Sequence record: DRR723986_8408
Length of the DNA: 62,943 bases
Strand: one strand, 5' to 3'
In this document: positions 20,541 through 29,718 of the stretch, piece by piece
How positions within the stretch are numbered: the stretch's first letter is position 1
Layout of the letters: each line of letters starts with the position of its first letter
Program-made: the position numbers and the translations under genes
The notes under the pieces: model-generated
What the model saw: the letters and a program-made list of their open reading frames with translations, nothing else
What the model was told of the DNA's origin: nothing
Databases searched by the model: none

Positions 20541-20612
20541 CGTAGTGCAGGCTGCCAGCCTGCAAACCTTGCGTGCTCTGTCCTCGTAGTGCAGGCTGCC
20601 AGCCTGCAAACC
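20541..20612 (+). repeat. tandem GTAG-type REP palindromes (44-bp period)
   Basis: Identical 28-mer CGTAGTGCAGGCTGCCAGCCTGCAAACC at 20541 and 20585, each with the hairpin TGCAGGCT-GCC-AGCCTGCA. A decayed third unit lies at about 20500-20540. Confidence 0.85.
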
Positions 20613-20857
20613 GTCATATCACCAGCGGATTGCCCCCTGCACTGGCGAGCCAAGGTCACGAGTCCAGTCCGTCGGAGCGGCTTTTCCCTTTGGACTCGAT
20701 TTCTGGGCCGTTCTTGCCTTCAACTTCTGCAGAGTCCCTTCCCCCGCCCGTTCCAACGTCTAACCAAGAGCCAGCAGCCCTGCACTGATCCGCCTATAAT
20801 GTGCGACGCGTCTGTAAACCACTCTCAGTTCCCCGAATCCGGCAACAGGACAACAGC

Positions 20858-22327
20858 ATGCAGTACTCCCCGGCAAGAATCTCGCCCGCTGTGATAGGGT
20901 TAGCGGCCGCTTTGGTGATGAGCAGCTTCGCAACGGCCGAACACACGCGTGACAGTGAAAACGAGTCCGCTGCCAAAGCCGCTGGAGGTGCAGAAAAACC
21001 CAACATCGTCTTGATTATGGCCGACGACGTTAGCTGGGAAGCATTCGGATGTTATGGGGCTGAGGATTACAAGACACCGCACCTAGACAAACTGGCTGCC
21101 GAGGGTGTTCGATTCTCACACTGTTACTCGACGCCGATTTGCACCACGAGTCGCGTGCAGATCATGACCGGAAAATACAACTTCCGAAACTACACTCACT
21201 TTGGCTATTTGAGTGACCAAGAAAAAACGTTTGGGCACTTGCTTCAATCCGCAGGATATCGCACCGCGATCGCTGGCAAATGGCAGCTCAACGGCTTGAC
21301 CAATAAACTTCCTGGCTACGATGACAAGACTCGTCCCAACAAGGCGGGATTTGACGAGTACATGCTCTGGCAATTGCGCTACGGCAAGCAACTGAACACC
21401 GGTGGTGGCGAACGTTTTTGGTCGCCCCCATTTGAGCACAACGGACGACTGGTTACCCGCGAGGAGAACGCGGAAAAATACGGGCCGGACCTGCTGTGCG
21501 ATTTTGTTTGCGATTTCATCAGTGCTGACGACTCGCCCTTCTTCGTCTACTACCCGATGGTACTGGTTCACGATCCCTTCGTTCCGACGCCTGACACGAT
21601 TGGCGACCGCGATCGCTCGCATGCGCAGAACAAGCCTCGCAGGAAGGAAAAGAAGGAGAACTTCGTGGCCATGGTTCAGTACATGGACAAAATTGTAGGC
21701 CGCATTACCGATCATTTGAGGGCCGCAGGCAAGCTGGACAATACGCTGATACTCTTTACTGCAGACAATGGAACGAACACCTCGATTACATCACGTTGGA
21801 ACGGTGTTGAGGTGCGAGGCGGGAAGGCATCGATGACCGACATGGGCACTCACGTGCCTCTGATTGCCTACTGGAAAGGTCGCACGCTGGAAGGGGCGGT
21901 GCTGGACGAGCTGGTGGATTTCACAGATTTCTATCCGACACTTGCCGAGGCTGCTGGCATTGCGCTCGCCGAAGGGGCCCCCAGCGACGGTCGAAGCTTC
22001 CTACCTCATCTCCAAGGCAAACCTGGCGAGAAACGCGACTGGGTGTTCTGCCACTACCAGCCTTACTGGAACAAGTCGCCGGGACAGTTTATCCGTACGA
22101 ATCGATTTAAGCTGTACGCGGATGGTCGATTCATTGATGTTGAATCCGACATGAAAGAGCTAACTCCTCTCGCGCAAGACAGCTTGGCCGAAGACGCACG
22201 TCGAGCCTACCAAGCACTGTCGCCGGTCCTCGAAGCAGCACCTCCAGCTCCGACGGAAAAGGGCTCGAAGAACACCATCGACCGGCCCACCTATCCCGAA
22301 TGGACCAACCTTCGCGGGAACGATTGA
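20858..22327 (+). CDS. sulfatase-family hydrolase (S1)
   Basis: KPNIVLIMADD, TPHLDKLA, ICTTSR..IMTG, AGKWQL, FTADNG and a signal peptide. ATG 20858 follows AGGA (ORF-track start 20801). Confidence 0.92.
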   Translation: MQYSPARISPAVIGLAAALVMSSFATAEHTRDSENESAAKAAGGAEKPNIVLIMADDVSWEAFGCYGAEDYKTPHLDKLAAEGVRFSHCYSTPICTTSRVQIMTGKYNFRNYTHFGYLSDQEKTFGHLLQSAGYRTAIAGKWQLNGLTNKLPGYDDKTRPNKAGFDEYMLWQLRYGKQLNTGGGERFWSPPFEHNGRLVTREENAEKYGPDLLCDFVCDFISADDSPFFVYYPMVLVHDPFVPTPDTIGDRDRSHAQNKPRRKEKKENFVAMVQYMDKIVGRITDHLRAAGKLDNTLILFTADNGTNTSITSRWNGVEVRGGKASMTDMGTHVPLIAYWKGRTLEGAVLDELVDFTDFYPTLAEAAGIALAEGAPSDGRSFLPHLQGKPGEKRDWVFCHYQPYWNKSPGQFIRTNRFKLYADGRFIDVESDMKELTPLAQDSLAEDARRAYQALSPVLEAAPPAPTEKGSKNTIDRPTYPEWTNLRGND

Positions 22328-22413
22328 TCACGACTAGCTGACAGTGAACTCTCCGGCCGCTCGACCGTTGGCGTGGAGTGCGTCTAAAGCCGAATGCAGA
22401 ATCATGCAGCGGG

Positions 22414-23355
22414 TTATTTCGCAGATTGCTTAGAGGGGCTGTTGGGCGTGGCAATTGTGAGCAGTGGGCGGTGATCGCTGGTGGTTGCGTCGTCGGGAAA
22501 GTCGCCTTCGCGAACAACAACTTCGGCGATTATCTGCCAGTCCATCGCGGGCCCGGCAATGAATGTGAAATCAAGCAGCGAACCTTCATAGTTGTCGATG
22601 CCGTCGCCCTCTGGATCGTACCAGTTCGTGTCAATCAGTTCTACTGGACGCACCCATTTGTAAATTCCATCTGTGAGCATGGCTGCAAACGCTTCATTGC
22701 CGCGGTCGGACGCAAACTCGTAATCCATGTTGTAGTCACCGACAGCAATCACAGCCCGAGATTGGTTTCGGGCCCAGTCGACGAGCATCTCAGCTTGGTG
22801 AGTACGCAGGTCGGCATTCCCGCGTGCCAAGTGATTGTTCATGACGACGAACTGCTCGCCCGTTAGAGTGTCCTTCAGTTGGACGGCAAGCGGCGCTCGG
22901 TGGTAGCCGGGGGCGAACTCTTCACTGCGGAGATTGATCTCTTCCATCAACTCATAACGACTCGACCAAGCAATCGTCAATCGATCATCGCCGCGACTGC
23001 GATCAATGATACCGCCACCGCCAGCGAAAAACTGGCTGAGTCGCTGGGTGTCCTCGGGTGGGACTTCCGACAACGCTAGTATCCCGAAACGCGGCATCTC
23101 ATTCTTGAGCTGCTCAATGATGACGTTTGTGTCGCTTCCGTCAGATTCGATGTTCCACGCAAGTATTCGGGTTGCAGAGTCACTCGCAGCAGTTTCTCCG
23201 TCGCCCGCCCCCATGGAGGGCTCGGAAGCCGACTCAGCGGAAAGCACATCGCTCTCATCGGCTGTGTTGGTCGAAGGGCCAGCGTATTCGCACCCTGCAG
23301 CAGCGAACAGTAGGGCAGCAAATGTGGTTGGGAGTGCGAAGGTGCGTTGAATCAT
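22414..23355 (-). CDS. endonuclease/exonuclease/phosphatase (EEP) family lipoprotein
   Basis: Lipobox-like LLFAAAGC, then ILAWNIE, LALSEV, MNNHL, VGDYN, LDFTF, SDHRP (ORF-track start 23397). Confidence 0.88.
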   Translation of the reverse strand: MIQRTFALPTTFAALLFAAAGCEYAGPSTNTADESDVLSAESASEPSMGAGDGETAASDSATRILAWNIESDGSDTNVIIEQLKNEMPRFGILALSEVPPEDTQRLSQFFAGGGGIIDRSRGDDRLTIAWSSRYELMEEINLRSEEFAPGYHRAPLAVQLKDTLTGEQFVVMNNHLARGNADLRTHQAEMLVDWARNQSRAVIAVGDYNMDYEFASDRGNEAFAAMLTDGIYKWVRPVELIDTNWYDPEGDGIDNYEGSLLDFTFIAGPAMDWQIIAEVVVREGDFPDDATTSDHRPLLTIATPNSPSKQSAK

Positions 23356-23526
23356 TCTTGTAGTCAACTTATTGAAGGTGTCGCGTCGCCATTCCAAGCC
23401 CGCGATGTTAGGACATCGTTACTTTCTTTGCAGGGGGGTAAGCGACATCCCCGCCTAGGTGCGGAAGTTTGCAGGAGACAACGTTATTCATCTGAGTATT
23501 TTAGGCTGAGAAGGAGTTGGCCCGCA

Positions 23527-23567
23527 GTTTTACAAACGTTTTACAAGCTTCTTGCAGCCGTTTTACA
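23527..23567. promoter_or_regulatory. 11-bp-periodic direct repeats, candidate OmpR/PhoB-family operator
   Basis: GTTTTACA at 23527, 23538 and 23560, with a degenerate TTCTTGCA at 23549, in a divergent intergenic region. Confidence 0.55.
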
Positions 23568-23627
23568 TTCCTGTTGGTGAAATTCGTAAACTTCATAGCC
23601 TGCTGATTCGCAGGATGTGAATTTTTT

Positions 23628-24539
23628 ATGAAGCTGAAATTAGGGAGTTTCACTGTGGTCGGAAATTGTCTGCCAGCGGCTCGTTTCGTACCGTCGCTTC
23701 GAACTGCGCACGTCACGCTTGCATTGGGAATATGCCTACTACTGCTATCCAACACGGGGCGGGCGGCAGATCGTCCAGCCAATGAACAACAGGCCGATTT
23801 GCTGTGGGACCAGGTTGCGGACCTGGGCAAGAAGGAGCCGCAGGGCGACGGTATTTCGAGTCCACTGACAAGTTCGGAAGGCTTCGACCGCGAAGCCTAT
23901 CTGGAGATCGTCAAGCGTCTTCCCGCCTTAGCAGAAATTCTGAAGTCAACCGCGTCTGCCCCGTCGTCCAAGGAGCCAACTGGCAGCGCCGCAAAGGAGT
24001 TATCCGTCGTGATGCTTGAGCTGCAAAAAATGCAACTCGACAAGCAGTCACATGTAGTTGCAATCGCGATCCTCTATGGTCTGGACACTCGCGAGAAGCG
24101 TTTTTCAATCGCGCGACGTCGGGCGTTCAGCGTCCTGTTCAACGCTGCAAAGAGAGAACCGGCTGGCACGAGCGTAGTGACGATACGCGTACCGGGCGTG
24201 ACCTGTCACGGTAGGTTTCTCGATTCGATGCGTGAGTATGTTCGAGACAAGAATTCCTGGATCCTCAGAATTGACGCGGAACTGCAACAACCTTCAAGAT
24301 TTGGGTTGTCGCAGCCCACGCAAACGCCAACTCCGCTTTTTGGCGGAGCTCAGCCGTTACCATCGTCGTTTGCAGGAACCACAGAAATCCGTGTATATGT
24401 TGATCAACCAAAGTCTGCAGCGGACGTCGCTAGGGCCTTTGCTGAGTCTGGACGCTATTCGATGAAGAACTGGACAGTGTTACAGCCACAGAAAATTGAG
24501 ACTCTGTTGGAGAAGCCGGAAGACGCATCCGCTGACTAA
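23628..24539 (+). CDS. hypothetical exported protein
   Basis: 303-aa ORF with a hydrophobic signal-like segment. The C-terminal part resembles an HMA/ferredoxin-like fold (IRVPGVTCHG). Confidence 0.65.
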   Translation: MKLKLGSFTVVGNCLPAARFVPSLRTAHVTLALGICLLLLSNTGRAADRPANEQQADLLWDQVADLGKKEPQGDGISSPLTSSEGFDREAYLEIVKRLPALAEILKSTASAPSSKEPTGSAAKELSVVMLELQKMQLDKQSHVVAIAILYGLDTREKRFSIARRRAFSVLFNAAKREPAGTSVVTIRVPGVTCHGRFLDSMREYVRDKNSWILRIDAELQQPSRFGLSQPTQTPTPLFGGAQPLPSSFAGTTEIRVYVDQPKSAADVARAFAESGRYSMKNWTVLQPQKIETLLEKPEDASAD

Positions 24540-24664
24540 ACCAGCACTTTGTGCCAGGGCGGCTCGCCTGCGAAGGGGCGACAGAGTGAGGCAATTGCAT
24601 CGACAACAGGCGATCGTCGGGCTAACATGTGCGCTCCGTCAGCAATACCTTTTGCAGGAAACAG

Positions 24665-25519
24665 ATGTTTCAGCTTGCCTGTACCGTTCGCAATTGTGGG
24701 CAACCATTGATGCCCACGAATTCAGGCCTAGCATGCGCTGCGGGACACTGTTTTGATCGAGCGAAACAGGGCCATTACAACTTATTGCAGCCGCAGGACT
24801 CGCGATCGAAGCACCCTGGGGATGCCGACTCAGCCGTTGAGGCTAGGCAGCGGTGGTTGCAACGCGGGCATATGGCGGGGCTCGTTTCTCTACTTTCGAA
24901 ATGGTGCCACGAGTTGCAGACAGACTCTGTACCAATGTCCATTGACCTTGGTTGTGGTGAGGGCACTTTTGGGGCTGCACTGTTCGGGGACGAACCGCAG
25001 AACTTTTGCGGCATCGATCTGTCACGACGAGCGATATTGTTGGCTCGCAAGAAGCTGCCCTCAGCCACTTGGGTGCAAGCAAATGCCGACCGCAGGTTAC
25101 CGGTCTCTGACGCGACTTGCCATCGAGTCCTTTCGCTGTTTGGCCGAAGGCCCGTTGAAGAGATTCGGCGAATCCTCGCCCCTGGTGGGATATGCATTAT
25201 TGCAGTGCCTGGCAGCAACGACCTGATCGAGTTGCGTGAGCACGTTCAGGAAGCAGGTCACCAACGCGATCGAACGGCGTTGATTGTCGAGCAGTTCTCC
25301 AAAGAAGGGCTCCACCTGACCGATCGTGCGCAGTGGAGTCATCGGGTCGAACTGGATCGCGAGGCGATCTCGGACGCTCTTGCGATGACCTACCGCGGCG
25401 TCAGGCATTCTCAGCAGGCTCGGCTCGAGAGTCTAGATTCCTTGCATGTGACCCTCGAAGCAGAATTAATGAAATTCGAGCCTGCCCGCGAAAGCGCTAC
25501 GCCAATTTCTGGCCCTTAG
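24665..25519 (+). CDS. rlmA: 23S rRNA (guanine-N1)-methyltransferase RlmA-like
   Basis: N-terminal Zn finger CTVRNC..CAAGHCFDRAKQGHYNLL, HPGD, SAM motif IDLGCGEG, HL/DL-type 'DLIELRE' (ORF-track start 24629). Confidence 0.85.
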   Translation: MFQLACTVRNCGQPLMPTNSGLACAAGHCFDRAKQGHYNLLQPQDSRSKHPGDADSAVEARQRWLQRGHMAGLVSLLSKWCHELQTDSVPMSIDLGCGEGTFGAALFGDEPQNFCGIDLSRRAILLARKKLPSATWVQANADRRLPVSDATCHRVLSLFGRRPVEEIRRILAPGGICIIAVPGSNDLIELREHVQEAGHQRDRTALIVEQFSKEGLHLTDRAQWSHRVELDREAISDALAMTYRGVRHSQQARLESLDSLHVTLEAELMKFEPARESATPISGP

Positions 25520-25640
25520 CGGCCCTCCAGCTCAGCGATTCTCCAGGAACGTGAGCTTGTGGCTGGCATACCGCTGGCACCCCCGAACGAGCGACTATAC
25601 TTGAGGCTGACTCAAGAGCCTCAATCTGCTGGAGAATTCC

Positions 25641-28232
25641 ATGCCCCGAAGCATGCTTCTGTTTTTGTTCCTGGTGCTTACATTGCCAGCCGATATGGTT
25701 TCGGAGCTGAACGCCGACGACGGCGCTTCGCCACAGAGAGTTCAACGGCCAACAGACTTTTGGCCTGCGGGGGTGAAATTCAATGCTGAAGTTCCCACAC
25801 CAAAATCGCATCTGGGTTTTGAGATTGGACAGCGGCACCTTACCCACGCTCAATTGGTCAGCTACATGAAGTTGCTGGCAAGCAAGTCATCGCGCGTCTC
25901 CTTGGAAGAGTTTGGGACCACGCACGCTGGCCGCCCGCAACTGATGTTGACGATCACCAATAAGCGGAACCGCCAGAGACTTGACGAAATACGCCAGGCT
26001 CACAAAGCGCTTGCTAATCCAGAAAAGAGTGCAGACGTTGATATCGAAGCCCTGCCGGCGGTGATCCAAATGGGGTACGGCGTTCATGGTGACGAAGCTT
26101 CCGCCACCAACGTTTCCCCGCTGGTCGCACACTATCTTGCGGCGGCACGTGGGAAGGAGATCGATCGCATTCTGGACAATTGCGTCATCCTGCTGGATCC
26201 AAGCTTGAACCCCGATGGATTTGATCGTTTTGCAAATTGGGTAAACACGTTCCGTGGCCGTATCGCTAGTCCAGATGCCAATGATGCTGAACACAATCAA
26301 GGCTGGCCACCGGGCCGCGTGAATTTCTACTGGTTCGACCTCAATCGTGATTGGCTTCCGGCAGTTCATCCCGAGAGTCGGAACCGTCTTCGAAAGTACC
26401 ATGCTTGGAAGCCGAACGTGGTTCTTGATTTTCACGAGATGGGTACCAATTCGACTTTCTTCTTCCAGCCTGGCATTCTCAAGCGGACCAATCCGTACAC
26501 GCCAGGAAAGAACATTGAACTAACACAAGCGTTTGGTGATTATCACGCCAAGGCGCTCGATCAACGCGGTTCGCTGTATTTTACCCAGGAGCAATTCGAT
26601 GACTTCTACATGGGCAAGGGGTCGACGTACCCGGATTTGCACGGGGCTGTTGGTATTCTGTTCGAACAAGCCAGTTCTCGAGGACTAGTGCAACGGAATC
26701 AGGATGGATTGTTGCACTTCCACGAAACGATACGCAATCAATTCGCAACATCGCTGTCGAGTCTTCATGCGACAACTGATATGCGGGAAGAACTGCTGAC
26801 ATTCAAGCGCGATTTTTACCGCGAATCACTCGACTTGTCTCGGGAACACGGCGGCAAAACGCTACTGTTTTCCTCGCGCGGGAACCGTACTCGGATGCAG
26901 GCTTTCGCCGACATCCTGCTTCGCCATAACATCGACTGTTACTGGTTGAAAAAGACGCTTGCTGATGGCGATGAAAAAATCTTTGCTGGAACACTAGTAG
27001 TTCCGATCGAGCAGCCTGAATACCGGTTCTTGAAATCGTTGTTGATGCGTCAGAAGAACTTCCGCGAGAACATCTTCTATGACGTTAGCACTTGGTGCCT
27101 GCCGTTGGCCTTCAATGTCGAAGAAAAATTGATCGAAGGCACAGTGCCCAGCGAACACCTTGTTCGCGCGTCCATTGCGGCGAGTCACTCTCAGTCGATA
27201 GACTTCCAGGACTCGGACTTGGCCTATCTGATTGATTGGACCGATGACGCGGCTCCGAAGCTCGCGTGGAAGTTGCTTGCAGCGGGCGTACGCGTTCGTG
27301 CCGCGACGGAACGCTTTTCGACTTCGAAGTATGACCGTGTATTTCCGCCTGGCACATTGCAAGTGCATCTTGGCACACAGGATGTCGCAAAGGGCAAGGT
27401 TCGAAGGCTGCTTGCGGCTGGCGCTAAGTCGGGTGTTCGCATCTACCCCGTATCTACAGCCTTGACGCCTATGGGAATCGACTTCGGCAGCAGCAAATTT
27501 CCTGTGATCACACAACCACGAGTGGCGACGGTTGTCGGTCGAGGCATTTCGCAGTACGAGGTCGGTGAGCTCTGGCACATGCTCGATACTGCATTTGAAA
27601 TCCCCGTTGTGAAGATCAAGAACGCGCAACTGAGTGGCACCAGTCTCACCGACTATTCAACACTAGTGATGCCCTCGGGGAGCTATGAGCTGAGCGATGG
27701 TGACTGGTCACGGCTAGAGCAGTGGGTTCGAAGTGGAGGAACAATTGTGCTGACGGGCCGGAACTCAGATCGACGCCTCGAACAGCTTGGCGGTGTCGAG
27801 AGTAAACGTTCTCTACCCGCTACCGTCAAAGAACCTGTCGTGAAGCAAAAGCCATTCAACGAACGAGCGACCGAGCGGGCGTTGAAGCTGATTAGCGGCA
27901 GCATCTTTGAGACACAGATCGACTTGTCGCACCCATTGTTCTTCGGGTTCTCGCACGATCGTCTGCCAGTCTTTCGCAACCACACCGACAACCTACCACT
28001 GTCCGTCAATCCATACCTTAACCCTGGCATTTACACCGAACAGCCGTTGATGGCGGGCTACGCTTCCGACGAAAACATAGCCAAGATCGCCAACTCAGCG
28101 AGTGTTGTAGTTGTTCCAAAGGGAGCGGGCCGCATCATCGCGATTAGTGACAACCCTACTTTTCGTGGCTTCTGGCACGGCACGCGCAGGATCGTTTTGA
28201 ACGCCATCTTCTTCGGTGAACAAATACGTTAG
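25641..28232 (+). CDS. M14-family zinc carboxypeptidase with C-terminal GATase-like domain
   Basis: VHGDE, LNPDG, DLNRDW, DFHEMG, ILFEQAS; GGAG RBS. Confidence 0.92.
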   Translation: MPRSMLLFLFLVLTLPADMVSELNADDGASPQRVQRPTDFWPAGVKFNAEVPTPKSHLGFEIGQRHLTHAQLVSYMKLLASKSSRVSLEEFGTTHAGRPQLMLTITNKRNRQRLDEIRQAHKALANPEKSADVDIEALPAVIQMGYGVHGDEASATNVSPLVAHYLAAARGKEIDRILDNCVILLDPSLNPDGFDRFANWVNTFRGRIASPDANDAEHNQGWPPGRVNFYWFDLNRDWLPAVHPESRNRLRKYHAWKPNVVLDFHEMGTNSTFFFQPGILKRTNPYTPGKNIELTQAFGDYHAKALDQRGSLYFTQEQFDDFYMGKGSTYPDLHGAVGILFEQASSRGLVQRNQDGLLHFHETIRNQFATSLSSLHATTDMREELLTFKRDFYRESLDLSREHGGKTLLFSSRGNRTRMQAFADILLRHNIDCYWLKKTLADGDEKIFAGTLVVPIEQPEYRFLKSLLMRQKNFRENIFYDVSTWCLPLAFNVEEKLIEGTVPSEHLVRASIAASHSQSIDFQDSDLAYLIDWTDDAAPKLAWKLLAAGVRVRAATERFSTSKYDRVFPPGTLQVHLGTQDVAKGKVRRLLAAGAKSGVRIYPVSTALTPMGIDFGSSKFPVITQPRVATVVGRGISQYEVGELWHMLDTAFEIPVVKIKNAQLSGTSLTDYSTLVMPSGSYELSDGDWSRLEQWVRSGGTIVLTGRNSDRRLEQLGGVESKRSLPATVKEPVVKQKPFNERATERALKLISGSIFETQIDLSHPLFFGFSHDRLPVFRNHTDNLPLSVNPYLNPGIYTEQPLMAGYASDENIAKIANSASVVVVPKGAGRIIAISDNPTFRGFWHGTRRIVLNAIFFGEQIR

Positions 28233-28266
28233 GTTGCCACCGGAGACGCGGACAAATTCAAAGTGC

Positions 28267-29643
28267 CTAAACTTCGATTCCAAAACCTTTACGCTGATCG
28301 CGCCGGGTGAACGACTGGGCCGGAGCGTCGCCGACAATCTGTTCAGATTCGGGATTCCAAGTGAGCTTGCGACCAAGTCTGGCGGCGATGCCCGATAGAT
28401 GGCAAGTCGTTAGTGCCCGGTGGTGACTGTGTACGTCGGAGATTGGATCCCTGCGGTCCTGGCATGCACCTATGAAATTCTCGAAGTGGTTAGTGAGCTT
28501 CTGCCCTTTGTAGACGCTTTCCAATGCTCCCGCGGGAAGTGGCGACCGCTTGAGGTCCTCGACCGGGCGTCCCGTCAGACGTCCGCGATTGACAAATAAA
28601 CGCCCCTTCGTGCCTTCGAAAAGTATCCCGTTGTCCCCATCGTGACGCAGTTCAATTTCTTTGCCGTCGTCAAACGTCGACAGAATTCGGAACTCCGTTG
28701 CGGTGTTGTAGCGTGTGTCATCGATAGGCAGCCCGCGTTTGAATTCAACCGGGTGTTTAACGGCAAGCGGATCCACAGTTTTCGGACCTGTATCCGTTTT
28801 GTCTAGGGCCCAGGTTGCAATGTCGCAGTGGTGCGCTCCCCAGTCAGTCAATTTTCCGCCGGAGTATTCGTACCACCATCGAAATTCGTAGTGGCAACGC
28901 GACCAGCTTTGGGTTTCGCCATTGCTCCCGGCCTGATAGCGAAATGCTACATCGGCAACAGGTCCTTGCCAAAGGTTCCAATCAAGTGACTTGGGTACGT
29001 CTGCAACAGGCAGTGATGGGCTTGTAGGTGCTCCACCGATTCCACAGATAGCACGACGAACTTCCCCGATACGTCCATCTCGTATGATTGCGATAGCCTT
29101 GATAAAATTGCGGTTGCTGCGTTGCTGAGTACCGATCTGACACACTTGTTTCGTCGCAGCACAAACGCGCGACATCAGACGCCCTTCTTCGATCGTGAGC
29201 GTCATGGGCTTTTCGCAGTAGACATCCTTGCCAGACAACATGGCTTCAATCGCAATTTTCGCGTGCCAGTGATCGGGAGTAGAGATGTGCACAATATCGA
29301 TGGAATCTGAATCGATTACCGCACGATAGTCCGCAGCAACCACCGGAGCTTTACGACTCCAACCCTCCGCCAAGCCCCTTGCCCGCTGACGACGATCTTG
29401 GTCGGCGTCGCAGACCATGGTGTAGTCGCCGAGCTTCGTCATCTCTTTTGCAGATCCGTAATTTCCCTCAAGTCCAGTTGCTTTCTGACTCCAACGACTC
29501 CCGGTACCTACAGCAGCGATTCTGGGGCGCTCGATTGAGCTTTGAAATCCTTCAGCCCTGATTGATGGCTTGATGATCACGGCAGCTCCGGCCCACGTTA
29601 ATGTGGACTTAAGAAGCGAACGTCGCGATTGCCTGAGTACCAT
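28267..29643 (-). CDS. Gfo/Idh/MocA family oxidoreductase (Tat)
   Basis: SRRSLL, ISTPDHWH, DVYCEKP, GTQQRS, GGKLTDWGAHH. Confidence 0.93.
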   Translation of the reverse strand: MVLRQSRRSLLKSTLTWAGAAVIIKPSIRAEGFQSSIERPRIAAVGTGSRWSQKATGLEGNYGSAKEMTKLGDYTMVCDADQDRRQRARGLAEGWSRKAPVVAADYRAVIDSDSIDIVHISTPDHWHAKIAIEAMLSGKDVYCEKPMTLTIEEGRLMSRVCAATKQVCQIGTQQRSNRNFIKAIAIIRDGRIGEVRRAICGIGGAPTSPSLPVADVPKSLDWNLWQGPVADVAFRYQAGSNGETQSWSRCHYEFRWWYEYSGGKLTDWGAHHCDIATWALDKTDTGPKTVDPLAVKHPVEFKRGLPIDDTRYNTATEFRILSTFDDGKEIELRHDGDNGILFEGTKGRLFVNRGRLTGRPVEDLKRSPLPAGALESVYKGQKLTNHFENFIGACQDRRDPISDVHSHHRALTTCHLSGIAARLGRKLTWNPESEQIVGDAPAQSFTRRDQRKGFGIEV

Positions 29644-29718
29644 GGACTGTCTCCCGAGGAAGGTGTGTTGTGCGATGCGTCTGGACTAGACTCCAAAGTG
29701 CCTCAAGGAACCCTAGTT

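Noticed and set aside
20541-20612. Possible mini-CRISPR (28-bp palindromic repeat x2)
   Set aside because: The spacer is only 16 nt and resembles the adjacent linker, there are no cas genes, and the GTAG-hairpin form fits a REP.
25564-25579. Sigma54-like TGGCAT-N5-TGGCA upstream of the M14 peptidase (similar TGGCAC-N5-TTGG upstream of phoD)
   Set aside because: The -12 element is imperfect, no enhancer or bending site is apparent, and such matches are likely by chance in GC-rich DNA.
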